A stretch of DNA of 64,000 bases from Candidatus Adlerbacteria bacterium (GTDB lineage: Bacteria > Patescibacteriota > Minisyncoccia > Phycocordibacterales > SBAW01): positions 424,963 through 488,962 of the forward strand of contig DAIDHJ010000001.1 in NCBI GenBank assembly GCA_027451965.1, in the 5' to 3' direction. Under the pieces are notes generated by a model. It had not been told where the DNA came from. It was given only the letters and a program-made list of their open reading frames with translations, and ran no database searches. Position numbers and translations under genes: made by a program. Positions 34,758 through 44,164 of this stretch are shown here, one piece after another. The first letter of the stretch is position 1. Each line of letters opens with the position of its first letter.

Positions 34758-34853
34758 ATGACGTTAATCATCGATCGCAAAACCGGTTTCGTCACCTCTT
34801 CGAAAGAAGAGGCAGTGGCCGAAAAAGCTGCCGCCCATGGAGGTTCCAAATAG
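34758..34853 (+). CDS. tiny ORF (31 aa) driven by the consensus promoter
   Basis: Translates to MTLIIDRKTGFVTSSKEEAVAEKAAAHGGSK. SD GGAG lies 6 nt upstream. The ORF-track frame (34647..) starts upstream of the promoter, so the internal Met is the likely start. A weak hairpin plus T-run downstream (AAAACCC...GGGTTTTAT) may terminate it. Confidence 0.4.
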   Translation: MTLIIDRKTGFVTSSKEEAVAEKAAAHGGSK

Positions 34854-34986
34854 GATTTCCTCCCCAAAACCCTCAACAGAGAAAAAAGAATGTTGGGGTT
34901 TTATACTGTCTGTAAGAAAAATACGCGCAGCTGTAAGAAATTAGTTACTGATAAGTACCAGTAATGATGCTAATTAAAAATATACA

Positions 34987-35424
34987 TTACGAGAGTACCG
35001 ATTTTAATTCTGAAAGAAGAGCTTGTATTTCCTCATGAGAAAGTACTCGACGCTGTTCACCAAAATGATTTAGATCTCCAATTTGTACATAGGGAACAAT
35101 ATGGAAATGAGTATGTGCAATACTTTTATTTTCTTGCACTTTCCCCTCTCGAACCATAAGGGTAATATTCTCATAGCCTAACTTTCGCAACAAATTTAAT
35201 CCAACCCGTTGTAATTCCTCAATTTCGCTCTCCTCTTCTTTGGCTAAATCATCTATAGATAACACATGACGATGTGGGACTACCAGTAAATGATGTTTGT
35301 GATACGGAGCTAGCGCATACGTGAGCATAGCGTGTTTGCGTTCCACCACAGGACGATTCCCTATTTCATTACAAAAAGGACACTGTGTCATTTTTGAAAG
35401 AAAATCTGTGTATGTTTCATTCAT
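34987..35424 (-). CDS. HIT family hydrolase
   Basis: 145 aa with the histidine triad HTHFHIVP and an N-terminal CPFCN. Confidence 0.85.
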   Translation of the reverse strand: MNETYTDFLSKMTQCPFCNEIGNRPVVERKHAMLTYALAPYHKHHLLVVPHRHVLSIDDLAKEEESEIEELQRVGLNLLRKLGYENITLMVREGKVQENKSIAHTHFHIVPYVQIGDLNHFGEQRRVLSHEEIQALLSELKSVLS

Positions 35425-35512
35425 GGCAGTACTATTATACAGATAATTTCATCTTATAGATGAAAAAGCACTACATACGTAGTGCCTTTTCTAAACTAAA
35501 CAATGTAGGATA

Positions 35513-36166
35513 TTAATTATCTCCCCCTCCATCATGTGAAATAGATGTGGTTGTGGCCTGTCCTTCTCCACCTTGATCACCTGAGGTAGTACTAGAAGCT
35601 GTATCAGAATTTTGCACACCTTCTTGCATATCAGCCTGTTCACATTCGAGTTCCATTTCCTTATTCATTTCTCCTCGAGTTCTTGGTCCTACATAGCCAA
35701 ACCCCGTAGAAGATGGGTCTCCAGAAGACACAATCCCATTCGCTGCCTGCCAGCGTTGTACCGCTTGCTCAGTTTCAGAACCAAAGTAGCCGGTTACCAA
35801 TCCAGAGGGATATATGTTCTTATCTTTTGCAAGAAAAGCTTGGAGTTGCGCAACTGCAGATCCAGATCCCTGATCACTTTCACCAAACGAGAGATTGCTA
35901 GAAAGTGTGGCACAGGTGCTGCTAGCTGAAACAGAAATAGGTGCAGGTACTTGCACAGGAGTACTTGATGCTGTCGTTTGTAAATCCGCTTGCACCGTAG
36001 CTACCGTACTTGGATCTGCACCAAAGGATTGTAAGAGGTTCACTACTGCTTGAATTTGCGCATCGGTAAGAGTTGCCGCATGAACAAAAGTAGCACTACC
36101 AAGTAACGAAAGAGAACTTGCTACACCAACGAAAGTTAACAGAAAACGTTTATACCTATGTTGCAT
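35513..36166 (-). CDS. secreted protein with peptidoglycan-binding-like domain
   Basis: Signal peptide MQHRYKRFLLTFVGVASSLSLLGSATFVHA. Has a PG_binding_1-like segment (AQLQAFLAKDKNIYPSGLVTGYFGSETEQAVQRWQAANGI) and a low-complexity Gly/Asp/Gln tail. Confidence 0.5.
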   Translation of the reverse strand: MQHRYKRFLLTFVGVASSLSLLGSATFVHAATLTDAQIQAVVNLLQSFGADPSTVATVQADLQTTASSTPVQVPAPISVSASSTCATLSSNLSFGESDQGSGSAVAQLQAFLAKDKNIYPSGLVTGYFGSETEQAVQRWQAANGIVSSGDPSSTGFGYVGPRTRGEMNKEMELECEQADMQEGVQNSDTASSTTSGDQGGEGQATTTSISHDGGGDN

Positions 36167-36276
36167 AGTAAAAAATGAATAAATAATGTGACCTTATTAT
36201 TATAACGTATTGCTGAGCCCCTTCTTACCGCATACATGCTCAATTAGTACGCAATACTAGCATTGGAATAATGGGA

Positions 36277-36690
36277 TTACTGTTTTCGCTCCATAAAACT
36301 GATTGCCCACTCAATGCCATATTTATCAGTCACGATACCAAATAACCCACCCCAAAATTGCCTTTCCAGGGGCATAAATACATCGCCCTCAGGCGTTAGT
36401 GCAGCAAATAGAGCTTGCGCCTCTGTTTCAGAATCTCCGTCCACCATGATAGCAATATTATCCCCCAGAGTTGCGGTATCCTGCATCATGTCGGAACCAG
36501 AAAGAAGCGTTACTCCATTCTTTGTAAGCACTGCATGCATAATATATCCGTGTTTATCAGGCATTTGTGACGCCATAGGAGAATCGGCAACAGTCATCAT
36601 GGAGACTTCACCGCCTAAGCACGATTGATAAAATTCCATCGCCTCTTTGCACACACCATTGTTAAAACGCAAATGTGTATTGAGTTTCAT
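36277..36690 (-). CDS. VOC/glyoxalase-like (PhnB-type) protein
   Basis: 137 aa. The fold pattern LRFNNGVCKEAMEFYQSCLGG...GDVFMPLERQFWGGLFGIVTDKYGIEWAI matches the PhnB-like/3-demethylubiquinone-9 methyltransferase-domain VOC family. Confidence 0.7.
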   Translation of the reverse strand: MKLNTHLRFNNGVCKEAMEFYQSCLGGEVSMMTVADSPMASQMPDKHGYIMHAVLTKNGVTLLSGSDMMQDTATLGDNIAIMVDGDSETEAQALFAALTPEGDVFMPLERQFWGGLFGIVTDKYGIEWAISFMERKQ

Positions 36691-36758
36691 ATAGTTACTG
36701 GAACTGCATAATTACTAATTAGCGCAAGGACCTATTATTAAGTATATAGGAATACTTT

Positions 36759-39700
36759 CTAGAGTTTATTGCGTCCCGGGTGCGGAGCACGGAAAAATAG
36801 GATTGGTACTAATACCAAGGTGAGACAAATAGCAAATGCTAATCCAAACATCACTGTATATGCGAGTGGCCCCCAGGTAGCATTGGCAGCAGCGAGTGGA
36901 ATCATACCAATAACAGTAGTAATGGTCGTAAGCAAAATAGGACGCAGACGAGTAGCAGAAGAAGCAACGACTACATCAATAATCGAATCATTCGGATTCG
37001 CATTCACATGTTTAATCATCGAATCCATAAGAATAATTGCATGGTTAATAATGACACCACCCAAGGCAATCACACCAATCAAAGACGTAAGAGAGATAGG
37101 CTGTCCAGTAAGTGCAAGGCCATCTAATACACCAATCAATGAGAGTGGGACGATAGAGAGCAGATACAGAGTGTAGCGAATTGAATTGAAAGCTAAAATA
37201 AGAATAAGGAACATAAGTACTAATCCAGAAAGAAGTGCAACAAACATATCCTGGAAGGATTGATTGATACTCTGACTTTCTCCTCCGTAGGAAACAGATA
37301 CTCCTGCAGGGAGGTGTAGCATGCCAATCTCTTTCTGGAATTGCGATACTACGGCAGTGACCGTCGTTTTATCATCTGGGTAGGCAGATACTGTCTCTAT
37401 GCGATGTTTATCTTTATGACTAATAACGGCATTATTTGGTCCAAGTGAACTATTGAGAATTGAACCCAGTAATACAGATCCGGAGGTCGTTTGAATAGAT
37501 ATGTTATCAATACTATCGAGTGTCGTTTGAGCAGTTTGAGATGGATCAATAGCAGTCGGGTTGAGATTAAGTTTCACCACAACATCAATATCTTGGGTAA
37601 GTTCTGGGATAGTAGTTGCCTTCGTACCATTAATTGCAGCACGGAGCGTTTGTGCCACCAATTGCGTATTCACTCCAAGTGCTTCTGCTTTAGCTCGATT
37701 AATAGATAAATCAAATTCAGTACCATTATTCTGTGTGGAATTAGTAATGTTAGTCACATGCGGAATAGTAGAGAGAAGCTGTTGTCCTCGATTTGCTGCG
37801 GTAATAAGATCATTAAGATTTGTTCCTTCAAACTGTATTTGAATAGGAGCTCCTGACGAAGGACCACCATTTGCTTGAAGCACCTGAATAGTCGCGTCAG
37901 TAATTACTGAGAGGCGTTTTTGTAGATCATCGGCAATTTGAGTACTCGTCTTACTTCGATGAGTAGGAAGGTTCACCGTAATATTGGCAATATTACTCCC
38001 TGACGAACCCTGCCCGGTAAGCGAAGAACTTTCGCCAACAGTGGTTGCAAATGAAGCAATATCTGGATCACTGTAGAGTATTTCTTCTACTTCACGTGCA
38101 GCTAAATCAGTTTGATCAAGTGTAGTTCCTTGCGGTTTCTCTATATTGATAAAGAGAAAATCTTGATTATTTTGTGGAAAAAATACTGCCTGCACTAACC
38201 CAGTAAATGGGAGCGTGAAAGAAAGGATGAACAATACAATGAGCGTACGCAGAAAGATTTTCTGATAGCGTTCGCGCTCTAAAATCAGCCGCAACATGCG
38301 CTTATACCACTCTGTTACCCGTGTTGTATACGCTTCTTGTGCTTGTTCCAAACGATTCTCTGCCCGTTTCGTAAATAAAACTGCAATTAATGGCACTATA
38401 CCAAGTGCTACAAAAATAGAAGCGAGGAGTACAAAGATGAGTGTAAACGGAATACCGGCAATAAATTTACCGACAATGCCAGATATGAAAAACAGTGGAA
38501 GAAATACTGCGACCGTAGTCATTGTCCCTGCAATTAATGGCCATGCATAATCTGCAAGCGCCGCACGAGCAGCAAGTAAAGGAGTAGCGTAGATACGCAT
38601 ACGCGCATGTATCGCTTCTGTGACAACAATACCGGAATCTACCAAAATACCTACTGCAAGCACCAATGCAAATAAACTGATGAAATTGAGTGTGTTACCA
38701 GTAAGATAGAGTCCAATAAACGAAATAAGGAATGAAAGCGGGATTGCCAGTGCAGCAACCAATGATTCACGCCATCCAATAGTGAGTAGTAAGGCAAGAA
38801 TTACTAATAGCACCGTTTCAAATCCTGTTTTAGTAAGATCGCCCAACTGTTTTGTAACTTGTGCCCCTTGATCAGTGGTAGGAGAAATAAATACGGTTAA
38901 ATGCGCAAGATCAGTTTTTCCTAATTGAGTAAGTTTTGCTTTTACCGCACTAGAGACGTCCGTAATACTTGCACTTGATTGCTTAAAAATAGTGAGTGTT
39001 ATTGCCTGACTACTTGGATGTCCATTAAGAGACAGCCGAGAATATGTAGTAGCGGGAGCAAGACCATTGGAGACAGTAGCAATATTGCGTACATAAATGA
39101 TTGCACCATTTTGTGTTCCTACTGCAATATCTGCTATTTGACCTGGATCAGTAATGCCTCCCTCAAAATTGACATTATAATTTACCCCATCCATCGAAAT
39201 GGAGCCTGCGGGTAGGGCTGCATTTGCCGCACTAATTGCAGAGATCACATCGGTGAGTCGAAGTTTGTATTGAGCAAGTGCACTTTTATTTACAATGACA
39301 TCTACTTCCCTATTTGGCACACCAGCTACATCCACCTCAGATACACCAGGAATTGTTTTTAACTCATTTGATATCGTTGTACCAAGATCAGAAAAATCAG
39401 TTGCAGGAAGATCTCCTGCAATAGAGACCACAAGGATAGGTTGATTGCTAAAATCTATTTTTGTTACTTCTGGCGTAGTTGCATCCGAGGGCAGTTGTGA
39501 TGTTACTTTTGCGACCGCATCACGTAAATCCTGAATAGATTGGTCAACATTTGCATTACTGGTGAACTGTACAGTGATTTCAGAAAGGCCAGTACTTGAG
39601 TTTGAAGTGATAGTATCAATATTTGCAATACCGGCAATCTGGTCTTCTAATTTATTAGTAACCAATGTCTCCATATCCTGTGCTGATGCACCAGGAAGTG

Positions 39701-39851
39701 TTGTGGTAACAACACCCTCAGGAATAACAATAGAAGGGGTATTTTCTTTAGGGATTTTCCATAATGAAAAACCGCCAGCAATGATAAGCGCAACAATAAG
39801 CACATAGCTGAATTGTTTACGATCAAGAAAAAAGTTCCACAACCACAACAT
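36759..39851 (-). CDS. RND superfamily efflux transporter (AcrB/HAE-type permease)
   Basis: 1030 aa. Twelve predicted TM segments arranged as two repeats, each with a large periplasmic loop. Length and topology are typical of RND pumps. Confidence 0.85.
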   Translation of the reverse strand: MLWLWNFFLDRKQFSYVLIVALIIAGGFSLWKIPKENTPSIVIPEGVVTTTLPGASAQDMETLVTNKLEDQIAGIANIDTITSNSSTGLSEITVQFTSNANVDQSIQDLRDAVAKVTSQLPSDATTPEVTKIDFSNQPILVVSIAGDLPATDFSDLGTTISNELKTIPGVSEVDVAGVPNREVDVIVNKSALAQYKLRLTDVISAISAANAALPAGSISMDGVNYNVNFEGGITDPGQIADIAVGTQNGAIIYVRNIATVSNGLAPATTYSRLSLNGHPSSQAITLTIFKQSSASITDVSSAVKAKLTQLGKTDLAHLTVFISPTTDQGAQVTKQLGDLTKTGFETVLLVILALLLTIGWRESLVAALAIPLSFLISFIGLYLTGNTLNFISLFALVLAVGILVDSGIVVTEAIHARMRIYATPLLAARAALADYAWPLIAGTMTTVAVFLPLFFISGIVGKFIAGIPFTLIFVLLASIFVALGIVPLIAVLFTKRAENRLEQAQEAYTTRVTEWYKRMLRLILERERYQKIFLRTLIVLFILSFTLPFTGLVQAVFFPQNNQDFLFINIEKPQGTTLDQTDLAAREVEEILYSDPDIASFATTVGESSSLTGQGSSGSNIANITVNLPTHRSKTSTQIADDLQKRLSVITDATIQVLQANGGPSSGAPIQIQFEGTNLNDLITAANRGQQLLSTIPHVTNITNSTQNNGTEFDLSINRAKAEALGVNTQLVAQTLRAAINGTKATTIPELTQDIDVVVKLNLNPTAIDPSQTAQTTLDSIDNISIQTTSGSVLLGSILNSSLGPNNAVISHKDKHRIETVSAYPDDKTTVTAVVSQFQKEIGMLHLPAGVSVSYGGESQSINQSFQDMFVALLSGLVLMFLILILAFNSIRYTLYLLSIVPLSLIGVLDGLALTGQPISLTSLIGVIALGGVIINHAIILMDSMIKHVNANPNDSIIDVVVASSATRLRPILLTTITTVIGMIPLAAANATWGPLAYTVMFGLAFAICLTLVLVPILFFRAPHPGRNKL

Positions 39852-39853
39852 AC

Positions 39854-41479
39854 TTAATGCGCATCCACTATAACCGTCTGTCCTTCTGAAAGTCCTCTTG
39901 CGTCAGTCACAATATCCATCGTCGAGGTAAGTCCGCTGGTAACCGTTACTTGATCACCAATGATTGGTCCAAACGTAATAGGGTGTGCCACTAATGTTGA
40001 AGAACTAACAGTAAATACTTCTGGTCCTTCAGGAGTAATTTTTGCAGCCACAATAGGAATTACGAGTGTAGTAGTAGCTAGCGTTGATTGGGCTTGTGAG
40101 GTGGCACGATCTAAAAGAAGACTGACCGTATCTCCATCTGTAAGTGTATTTTGATTTCCGGGAATACCAATTTTTACCTGAATTTGTCCAGTAGACGGGT
40201 CAATAGCTGGAGCAATTGAAGTGATAACACCCCTTACCGCACTATCAATAAGTGCGCTCCCTCCCACAGAAAGTGTACTTGCATCTTGTGGGGTTACATA
40301 GGTAGTAATCTCAAGAGCACGTGGATTAGACACTTCTGCAACTTCCGCAAATGAAGCAACATAATCTCCTTGTGTAATAGGAAGACTCACAATCACTCCA
40401 GAAATAGGAGAACGCACGATTGTTTTTGCAAGGGCTACCCGAGCACTCTCCAGAGCTCCTAGTTCTTCTTGTACATTTGCTTGTGCAAGAGCAATATTAT
40501 TATTGGTTTCTGAACCGGCTGAATTAGCCTCAGTTTGTACGCCCGTCTGTGCACTATCATACGCATTTTTTGCTGCAATAAGGGCAGACATGGCGGTAAT
40601 TACCTCGGTGCGAGCGGCAGCGAGTGTCGCTTGATCTGTTGTAAGCGTACTTGCCGAGAATGCCGCTGAAGGAACTGCTTCATTCATTGCTGCAATAAGG
40701 TTGTTGAGAAATGACTCTACCGTCTGCGCGTCTGCATTCATCTGCGCCACGTTTTGATCAAGGTTGGTAGTAGCAGTGATCGTTGCAGCTGCTTGTGCAT
40801 CAGTAAGCACCGCCCCAAGCATTGATCGTTCATTCTGAATATTTATAACTAATTGACTGTCTGGGATAACAAATGGCTGGAGCGTGGGAGTGACTGCATG
40901 GGCATTGATAAATAGTGTATCGGCTTTCGTATGCACCGCATCATCCAAGTCTGCATAGCTGGTTTGTAATGCTGTTGCAACCGTTTGTGCGTCATTTTGC
41001 GCTGTCTGCGCAGCTCCTTGAGAGGTAATGGTCGAATTAGAGGCAGTTGCACCTTGTGCGTTTGCGAGCGATGCTAGTGCTGCATTATAGGCACCCTGTG
41101 CCTGCACTACCGCAGCCTGCTGACTACTATTTTCAAACGTTGCAATCACTTCTCCCGCCTGCACGTGATCCCCTAACGATCGAGGAAGTGAGACAATTTC
41201 TCCTGAAGTTTGAGAAAGAATGGTTGCTTGTCCAAGTGAAGTTACACTTCCGGTAAGCGGAAGAGGGCCTCCTTGTGAAGAAAGACTTGCGACAGAGGCA
41301 ATTTGGACATGACTAATAGAAGCGGGGGTGCTTTGACTAGTCGTGTTTCCTGTAAAAATATGTACGGTAACAATAACCGTACTCAAAAGCAGTATTCCAC
41401 CACCTATTTTATATGGAAGTGATAATTTACTCACATAACGAGCTATATGAAAAAAAAAGTTGGCCAGTTTATTACGCAT
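39854..41479 (-). CDS. efflux membrane fusion protein (HlyD/RND adaptor family) with extended coiled-coil hairpin
   Basis: 541 aa. N-terminal TM anchor, lipoyl/beta-barrel signatures (VQAGEVIATFEN; ISGVIVSLPITQGDYV) and a very long Ala/Gln-rich alpha-helical hairpin. Stops 3 nt before the RND gene. Confidence 0.75.
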   Translation of the reverse strand: MRNKLANFFFHIARYVSKLSLPYKIGGGILLLSTVIVTVHIFTGNTTSQSTPASISHVQIASVASLSSQGGPLPLTGSVTSLGQATILSQTSGEIVSLPRSLGDHVQAGEVIATFENSSQQAAVVQAQGAYNAALASLANAQGATASNSTITSQGAAQTAQNDAQTVATALQTSYADLDDAVHTKADTLFINAHAVTPTLQPFVIPDSQLVINIQNERSMLGAVLTDAQAAATITATTNLDQNVAQMNADAQTVESFLNNLIAAMNEAVPSAAFSASTLTTDQATLAAARTEVITAMSALIAAKNAYDSAQTGVQTEANSAGSETNNNIALAQANVQEELGALESARVALAKTIVRSPISGVIVSLPITQGDYVASFAEVAEVSNPRALEITTYVTPQDASTLSVGGSALIDSAVRGVITSIAPAIDPSTGQIQVKIGIPGNQNTLTDGDTVSLLLDRATSQAQSTLATTTLVIPIVAAKITPEGPEVFTVSSSTLVAHPITFGPIIGDQVTVTSGLTSTMDIVTDARGLSEGQTVIVDAH

Positions 41480-41566
41480 GGTCTAGTTACTGCAAAAACA
41501 ATTAGATTTTACTACGATTTCAATAAACACACTATTAAAATAGTAAATTTAATAAGATATAAAGTG

Positions 41567-41595
41567 AAAAGGGGTACCAGAATTTCTGGTACCCC
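41567..41595 (-). terminator. rho-independent terminator (minus strand) after the 34-aa ORF
   Basis: Perfect 11-bp stem GGGGTACCAGA/TCTGGTACCCC with a 3-nt loop. On the minus strand it is followed by TTTTCACTTT. Confidence 0.55.
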
Positions 41596-41613
41596 TCGGC
41601 AGATCGAGCTATG

Positions 41614-41718
41614 TTAGCTCGTACCGCCGACGCCGTTGCCGGCGCGCGCGTCGATCGTGTGCTGATAGAACATTTCGTGCAAACAGAAATCGGACGAAGT
41701 CGGAGCTCTCGTGTGCAT
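41614..41718 (-). CDS. tiny ORF (34 aa) with own promoter, SD and terminator, upstream of the MFP-RND pair
   Basis: Minus-strand AAAGGAGGTCAT-ATG. Translates to MHTRAPTSSDFCLHEMFYQHTIDARAGNGVGGTS, then TAA. It was not in the ORF track because it is under 60 aa. The terminator hairpin lies 18 nt downstream. Confidence 0.35.
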   Translation of the reverse strand: MHTRAPTSSDFCLHEMFYQHTIDARAGNGVGGTS

Positions 41719-41766
41719 ATGACCTCCTTTTGCAAGCAGGAAACCATGTATTCGGTTTCTAAATGA

Positions 41767-41794
41767 ATAATACTATATATATTTATATTGTCAA
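41767..41794 (-). promoter_or_regulatory. sigma70-like promoter (minus strand) for the 34-aa ORF
   Basis: TTGACA (complement of 41789-41794), 16-nt spacer, TATTAT (complement of 41767-41772). Confidence 0.4.
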
Positions 41795-41826
41795 TATTGT
41801 AGTACTATCCACAGAAAACCATACTT

Positions 41827-42585
41827 GTGCACCCTCCTGACAAGGCAGTACAGTACAAAAATATGGCTAAATACATTACTAATTTTCTAAAAAAAGAACC
41901 GGTTGCAGAGAAAACGCTACAACTACAGTTTGCCCGTCCAGAAGGATTCACGTACAGACCAGGACAAACTATTGACCTCACTCTCATTCACCCGTTAGTA
42001 GATGATGCGGATGGAAATACACGCACTCTTTCTTTGGCAAGTACCCCCGATGATGAGCTGCTTTCTGTTGCTACTCGTATTCGAGATAGTGCATTCAAAA
42101 AAAATATAGAAGCATTACACCAACATACAGAGGTACTGATCACTGGCCCATTTGGCTCTTTTACTCTACATCAAAACAGCAAACGACCAGCAGTATTCCT
42201 TGCTGGTGGTATTGGTATCACTCCCTTTTATTCCATAATTAATGACGCTATAAAACATACTCTTCCTCATTCTCTCTTTCTCTTCTATGCAAATAGACGT
42301 CCAGAAGATGCACCATTCCTTTCGGAACTTAAAAATCTGAGCGCTCAACATGCACAATTTCACTTCATCCCTACCATGACTAATATGTCTCAATCAAAAC
42401 AACATTGGGAAGGCATTAAAGGACATATTAGTGAAGCAATGCTAACCGCACACATTCCAAATGATATGCTTCCTATATACTATCTTGCCGGACCATCAAA
42501 CATGGTTATGGCAATGCAAAATATGCTACATGATATGCTCGTTGATACTGACAGTATAAAAATTGAAGAGTTTCCCGGCTATTAA
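41827..42585 (+). CDS. ferredoxin-NADP reductase-like oxidoreductase (FAD/NAD(P)-binding)
   Basis: 252 aa. FAD-binding RPGQTIDLTL, the R-x-Y-S/T-like RTLSLAS, and NAD(P) motif GGIGITPFYS. An alternative start exists at MAKYI (41863). Confidence 0.7.
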   Translation: MHPPDKAVQYKNMAKYITNFLKKEPVAEKTLQLQFARPEGFTYRPGQTIDLTLIHPLVDDADGNTRTLSLASTPDDELLSVATRIRDSAFKKNIEALHQHTEVLITGPFGSFTLHQNSKRPAVFLAGGIGITPFYSIINDAIKHTLPHSLFLFYANRRPEDAPFLSELKNLSAQHAQFHFIPTMTNMSQSKQHWEGIKGHISEAMLTAHIPNDMLPIYYLAGPSNMVMAMQNMLHDMLVDTDSIKIEEFPGY

Positions 42586-42712
42586 TATCTGTTTTTCTCT
42601 CAATGCAGAACTGTAGGCATTTCCTAAGTCTAAAGAAGGAGAATTATTTGATAATTAATTATTTAAGGTTATATTATTTTTAGTTCCTTACATTCGTACC
42701 AAGGAGAAAAAG

Positions 42713-42907
42713 GTGGTCACAACAGTGTACTTCCCCATCGGGGACGTACTTCAAGAAGTGGGACAGGTGGATAGCAGTATTCTCATCAAAATGGGGATAG
42801 CGCAGCCTGAAATCGGAAAAATAGTTATGCTTAGCGACGAGGCACAGTTGGATGCTTGCCTTGAGGCCATGCTGACCAAACACAAGCAACAAAAATCGGC
42901 CGCATAG
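42713..42907 (+). CDS. small hypothetical protein (64 aa)
   Basis: GTG start 6 nt after SD AAGGAGA. Followed by a terminator. Confidence 0.45.
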   Translation: MVTTVYFPIGDVLQEVGQVDSSILIKMGIAQPEIGKIVMLSDEAQLDACLEAMLTKHKQQKSAA

Positions 42908-42929
42908 AAATCTTGCAACTCTTTCACTA

Positions 42930-42962
42930 CCCCGTAGCCTATGCTGCGGGGTTTATTATTTC
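42930..42962 (+). terminator. rho-independent terminator
   Basis: Stem CCCCGTAGC / GCTGCGGGG (one G-U), loop CTAT, then TTTATTATTT. Confidence 0.65.
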
Positions 42963-42983
42963 TACCAAAAAAGAGGTACACTT

Positions 42984-43478
42984 GTGGTTATGAAAGAGGT
43001 GTATGTGAGAAATATTGTGTTTGGTATTGCAGACAGTCTCGTATCTACCGTTGGTCTCCTTTCCGGAATAGACGTGAGCGGCAGCGCACACGGCACCATC
43101 ATTCTTACCGGACTTATCTATGCGTTTGTAGAATCACTTTCTATGGCTATTGGCAGTTTCCTTTCTGAACAAGCAACAGAAGAGGTGAAGGAAAGAAAGG
43201 AAACTGCCACGATTGTACCGTTTATTGGAGGAGTAACCATGTTTCTTTCCTTCCTTATCTCCTCATTCATTCCCCTCTTTCCGTACTTATTTCTTCATAC
43301 CATCCTTGCACTTGTGCTCTCCATAGCACTATCCTTGCTCACACTATTCATAGTGGGAATTGTTATGGCTCGTCTGTCCAAAATATCTCCTTGGCGCCAT
43401 GGAATGAAAATGGTATTTCTGGGAGGAGCAGCTATTGTGATTGGTGCAATCATCGGAAAATATATTCATGCACAGTAA
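42984..43478 (+). CDS. VIT1/CCC1 family (iron/manganese transporter-like) membrane protein
   Basis: 164 aa. NIVFGIADSLVSTVGLLSGI...LIYAFVESLSMAIGSFLSE is typical of the VIT/DUF125 family. Shorter than typical VIT1 proteins. Confidence 0.65.
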   Translation: MVMKEVYVRNIVFGIADSLVSTVGLLSGIDVSGSAHGTIILTGLIYAFVESLSMAIGSFLSEQATEEVKERKETATIVPFIGGVTMFLSFLISSFIPLFPYLFLHTILALVLSIALSLLTLFIVGIVMARLSKISPWRHGMKMVFLGGAAIVIGAIIGKYIHAQ

Positions 43479-43618
43479 TTACTGCTGCTAATAGCAGTCG
43501 ACGAGCTATGCTTGTGTAATGATATGCCCTTCCATTGTCTGCAATAATTCCTGTATGACAATGCTATAACGCACAAATGAAAGTGTTAGGTTGATTTGCC
43601 GGGGTATTATGTATTTAT

Positions 43619-44146
43619 ATGCGTTCAAAAATTATTCACGAATCAGCACTATCGCGCGCTGTATTTGCCGATACTCGCCTCGCATGGATATGGCTGTTTG
43701 TGCGCCTCTATGTTGGATATCAATGGCTCGTTGCTGGTTGGGAAAAATTTTCCAATCAAGCATGGGTTGGCGATAGAGCAGGCACGGCATTGCGCGAATT
43801 TCTTGATGGATCTTTGCAGAAAACTAGCGGATTACATCCGGATGTATCTGCTTGGTATGCAACATTCATCCAGCACATTGTGCTCTCGCACCTCACTCTA
43901 TTCTCCTATATGGTGACGTATGGAGAACTAGGAGTAGGTATTGCGCTTGTGCTCGGCATATTCACCGGCATTGCAGCATGCGGAGGAATAGTTATGAATG
44001 TTAATTATTTGTTAGCTGGCACCATAAGCACCAATCCAATTTTGCTATTACTTCAATTTCTTCTCATTCTGGCATGGAGAACCGCCGGATGGGTTGGCAT
44101 CGATCGATACATACATCCACCGGTTCATGCATCCTGGAAAGAATGA
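43619..44146 (+). CDS. DoxX family membrane protein
   Basis: 175 aa. LFVRLYVGYQWLVAGWEKF and a four-TM layout are typical of DoxX. Confidence 0.6.
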   Translation: MRSKIIHESALSRAVFADTRLAWIWLFVRLYVGYQWLVAGWEKFSNQAWVGDRAGTALREFLDGSLQKTSGLHPDVSAWYATFIQHIVLSHLTLFSYMVTYGELGVGIALVLGIFTGIAACGGIVMNVNYLLAGTISTNPILLLLQFLLILAWRTAGWVGIDRYIHPPVHASWKE

Positions 44147-44164
44147 TTGTTTCTTATTAAGAAA

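Noticed and set aside
41535-41747. 70-aa minus-strand ORF from the ORF track
   Set aside because: It spans the terminator hairpin and has no SD. A different frame in the same region gives a 34-aa ORF with promoter, SD and terminator in the right places, so that frame was preferred.
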